In this document: positions 42,816 through 43,922 of the stretch, one piece after another
Layout of the letters: every line of letters begins with the position of its first letter
Numbering within the stretch: position 1 is the stretch's first letter
Assembly (NCBI GenBank): GCA_048772705.1
Contig: JBLWGC010000055.1
Span: forward strand, 1-43,922
DNA length: 43,922 bases
Direction of reading: 5' to 3'
DNA from: Leidyana gryllorum EB-2025a
Lineage: Eukaryota > Protista > Apicomplexa
Made by a program: the position numbers and the translations under genes
The notes under the pieces: generated by a model
The model's input: the letters and a program-made list of their open reading frames with translations, nothing else
Database searches by the model: none
Told to the model about the DNA's origin: nothing

Positions 42816-43101
42816 TCGGAATCTCTGTCCCCCTGTTCTGTTTGTGTCGTATGCGTGCAATGAAAAACCTTCATAGTTGTCTAGTCCCAATTAGCCGTTT
42901 CCAGCCTTTGCCGGCCTACACACTGCTACCAGTGTAAGCCCCCGTAGGGGGAATGCGACGGCTGCGTAGGTCCATTTTTGGTTCTGTTCCCAGTTCGGGT
43001 TCTGTCCTCCTCTCTGTTTGTAGCTACTGTCATGCACGCTCGAAAAACCTATGCTTTTGTGTGTCCCACACATGTTTGGCTCTTCGGCTTAGCCTGCTAC
43101 A

Positions 43102-43193
43102 GGCGACGAGCTAATGTATAAAGTCAAATGGATGGGCTATAACGACGAGACATGGGAGACAGCGACGACAGTGCTCGAAGCACAAGGACAAGA
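43102..43193 (+). pseudogene. pol: E/F pol fragment (chromodomain core)
   Basis: GDELMYKVKWMGYNDETWETATTVLEAQGQ(D). Confidence 0.9.
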
Positions 43194-43922
43194 CTAGTTT
43201 GCCTGTAACCTTTGGTTCGGCGTTTCGGTCGGCTTCGATGGCTGTTGTGACTGCTGTTTGCTTTTGGATTATGTGGTTTATGTGTGTTTATCGCTGCATT
43301 GTACTGTGTTTGCGTGTTTGCGACTGTTTAGCTTTCAATTCTCTACACGTTGCGGTTGCTGTAGCGTGCGCAAGTAAGGTCTGATGTGGTGTGTATTGTG
43401 CTAATAAAAGACTGTGACGATATAGCTGTGTTGCTTAGTATGTTGACAGGTATCGTGCTTGTTATGTATTGATTTGTGAGACTATATGAGCTGGAGATGC
43501 ATGATTGTATGAGTGTATGGCGTGTATTTTGGTAACTGTGCTGTGATGTGTAGTATGCTCAGTTTGCTAAAGTGAATATGGAGCAACTTGGAAGGTTATG
43601 TGTGAGTGATATTGGTTTAGATGGTTTGTCTGTTAGGGTGTGAGGGGTCTAGAGTGAGTTAGCGATTCGCTCGTTGATTGAGGGAGTATTTGTAGACGTA
43701 TAAAAGCTTGTAATGCTAGATATAGGGGGATCAATGAGATTCAGTTGAATTGAGAGTGTTGAGAAGAATGTCATGAGTCCAATGCGTATCGTGGACATTA
43801 TTTATCGGAGTGAATGGGAATTTGTAAGAATATGCGGATGGAGTCAAGTTATGCATAGGATTTGAGTGTTGATTCGGACGACATGAATTTGGCTAATGAT
43901 AGGTAGGTTAATAGGAGTATAT
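43194..43922. repeat. AT-rich, G/T-skewed host sequence ending in copy 2 of the 131-bp repeat (43792-43922)
   Basis: Abrupt change in composition at CTAG (43194); the last 131 nt match positions 1-131. Confidence 0.75.

Larger units (their letters stand above)
38125..42920 (-). mobile_element. Chromovirus D2 (4796 bp, intact), inserted into the PBS of H
   Basis: 157-bp LTRs at 38125-38281 and 42764-42920; TSD CACTG (38120-38124 and 42921-42925); PBS 42749-42762. Confidence 0.97.
28721..43101 (-). mobile_element. Chromovirus H, interrupted by D1 and D2
   Basis: 169-bp LTRs at 28721-28889 and 42933-43101 (1 mismatch); TSD GGCGA (28716-28720 and 43102-43106); PPT 28890-28898. Confidence 0.96.
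21247..43193 (+). mobile_element. Circularly permuted, one-LTR chromovirus E/F hosting G, H, D1 and D2
   Basis: Order is chromodomain tail - PPT - LTR - mid-RT - RH - IN - chromodomain head; the two ends rejoin in frame. Confidence 0.8.

Noticed and set aside
3113-43101. env or other accessory/cargo genes
   Set aside because: There is no room between pol and the 3' LTR in any element, and the antisense ORFs are short and not conserved across families.

Overview
Eukaryotic, repeat-rich window with no recognisable host gene. About 90% of it is a nested cluster of young, very compact (~4.8 kb) Ty3/Gypsy chromoviruses from seven families, named here A, B, C, D, E/F, G and H. Common features: 157-378 bp LTRs, a tRNA-iMet-type PBS (TGGTAGCAGT), gag with a zinc knuckle, a -1 frameshift into PR-RT-RH-IN-chromodomain pol, and 5-bp TSDs. 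Nesting read from the TSDs: A and C sit in the second copy of a ~1.07 kb host repeat; C contains B1, which contains B2; F contains G and H; H contains D1 and D2. Main oddities: (1) gag starts inside the LTR and reads through the PBS, and most Gags begin with an MxLRSG/TRSK peptide resembling known nucleosome acidic-patch anchors; (2) in most families pol reads through the PPT and stops in the 3' LTR; (3) the 21.2-43.2 kb block is a circularly permuted one-LTR element with autointegration-circle geometry, flanked by two copies of a non-coding host repeat that carries an 11-bp satellite and hairpins; (4) family C integrated with a TG...AA LTR. The host species cannot be identified from this sequence. 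Mismatch counts were made by eye.
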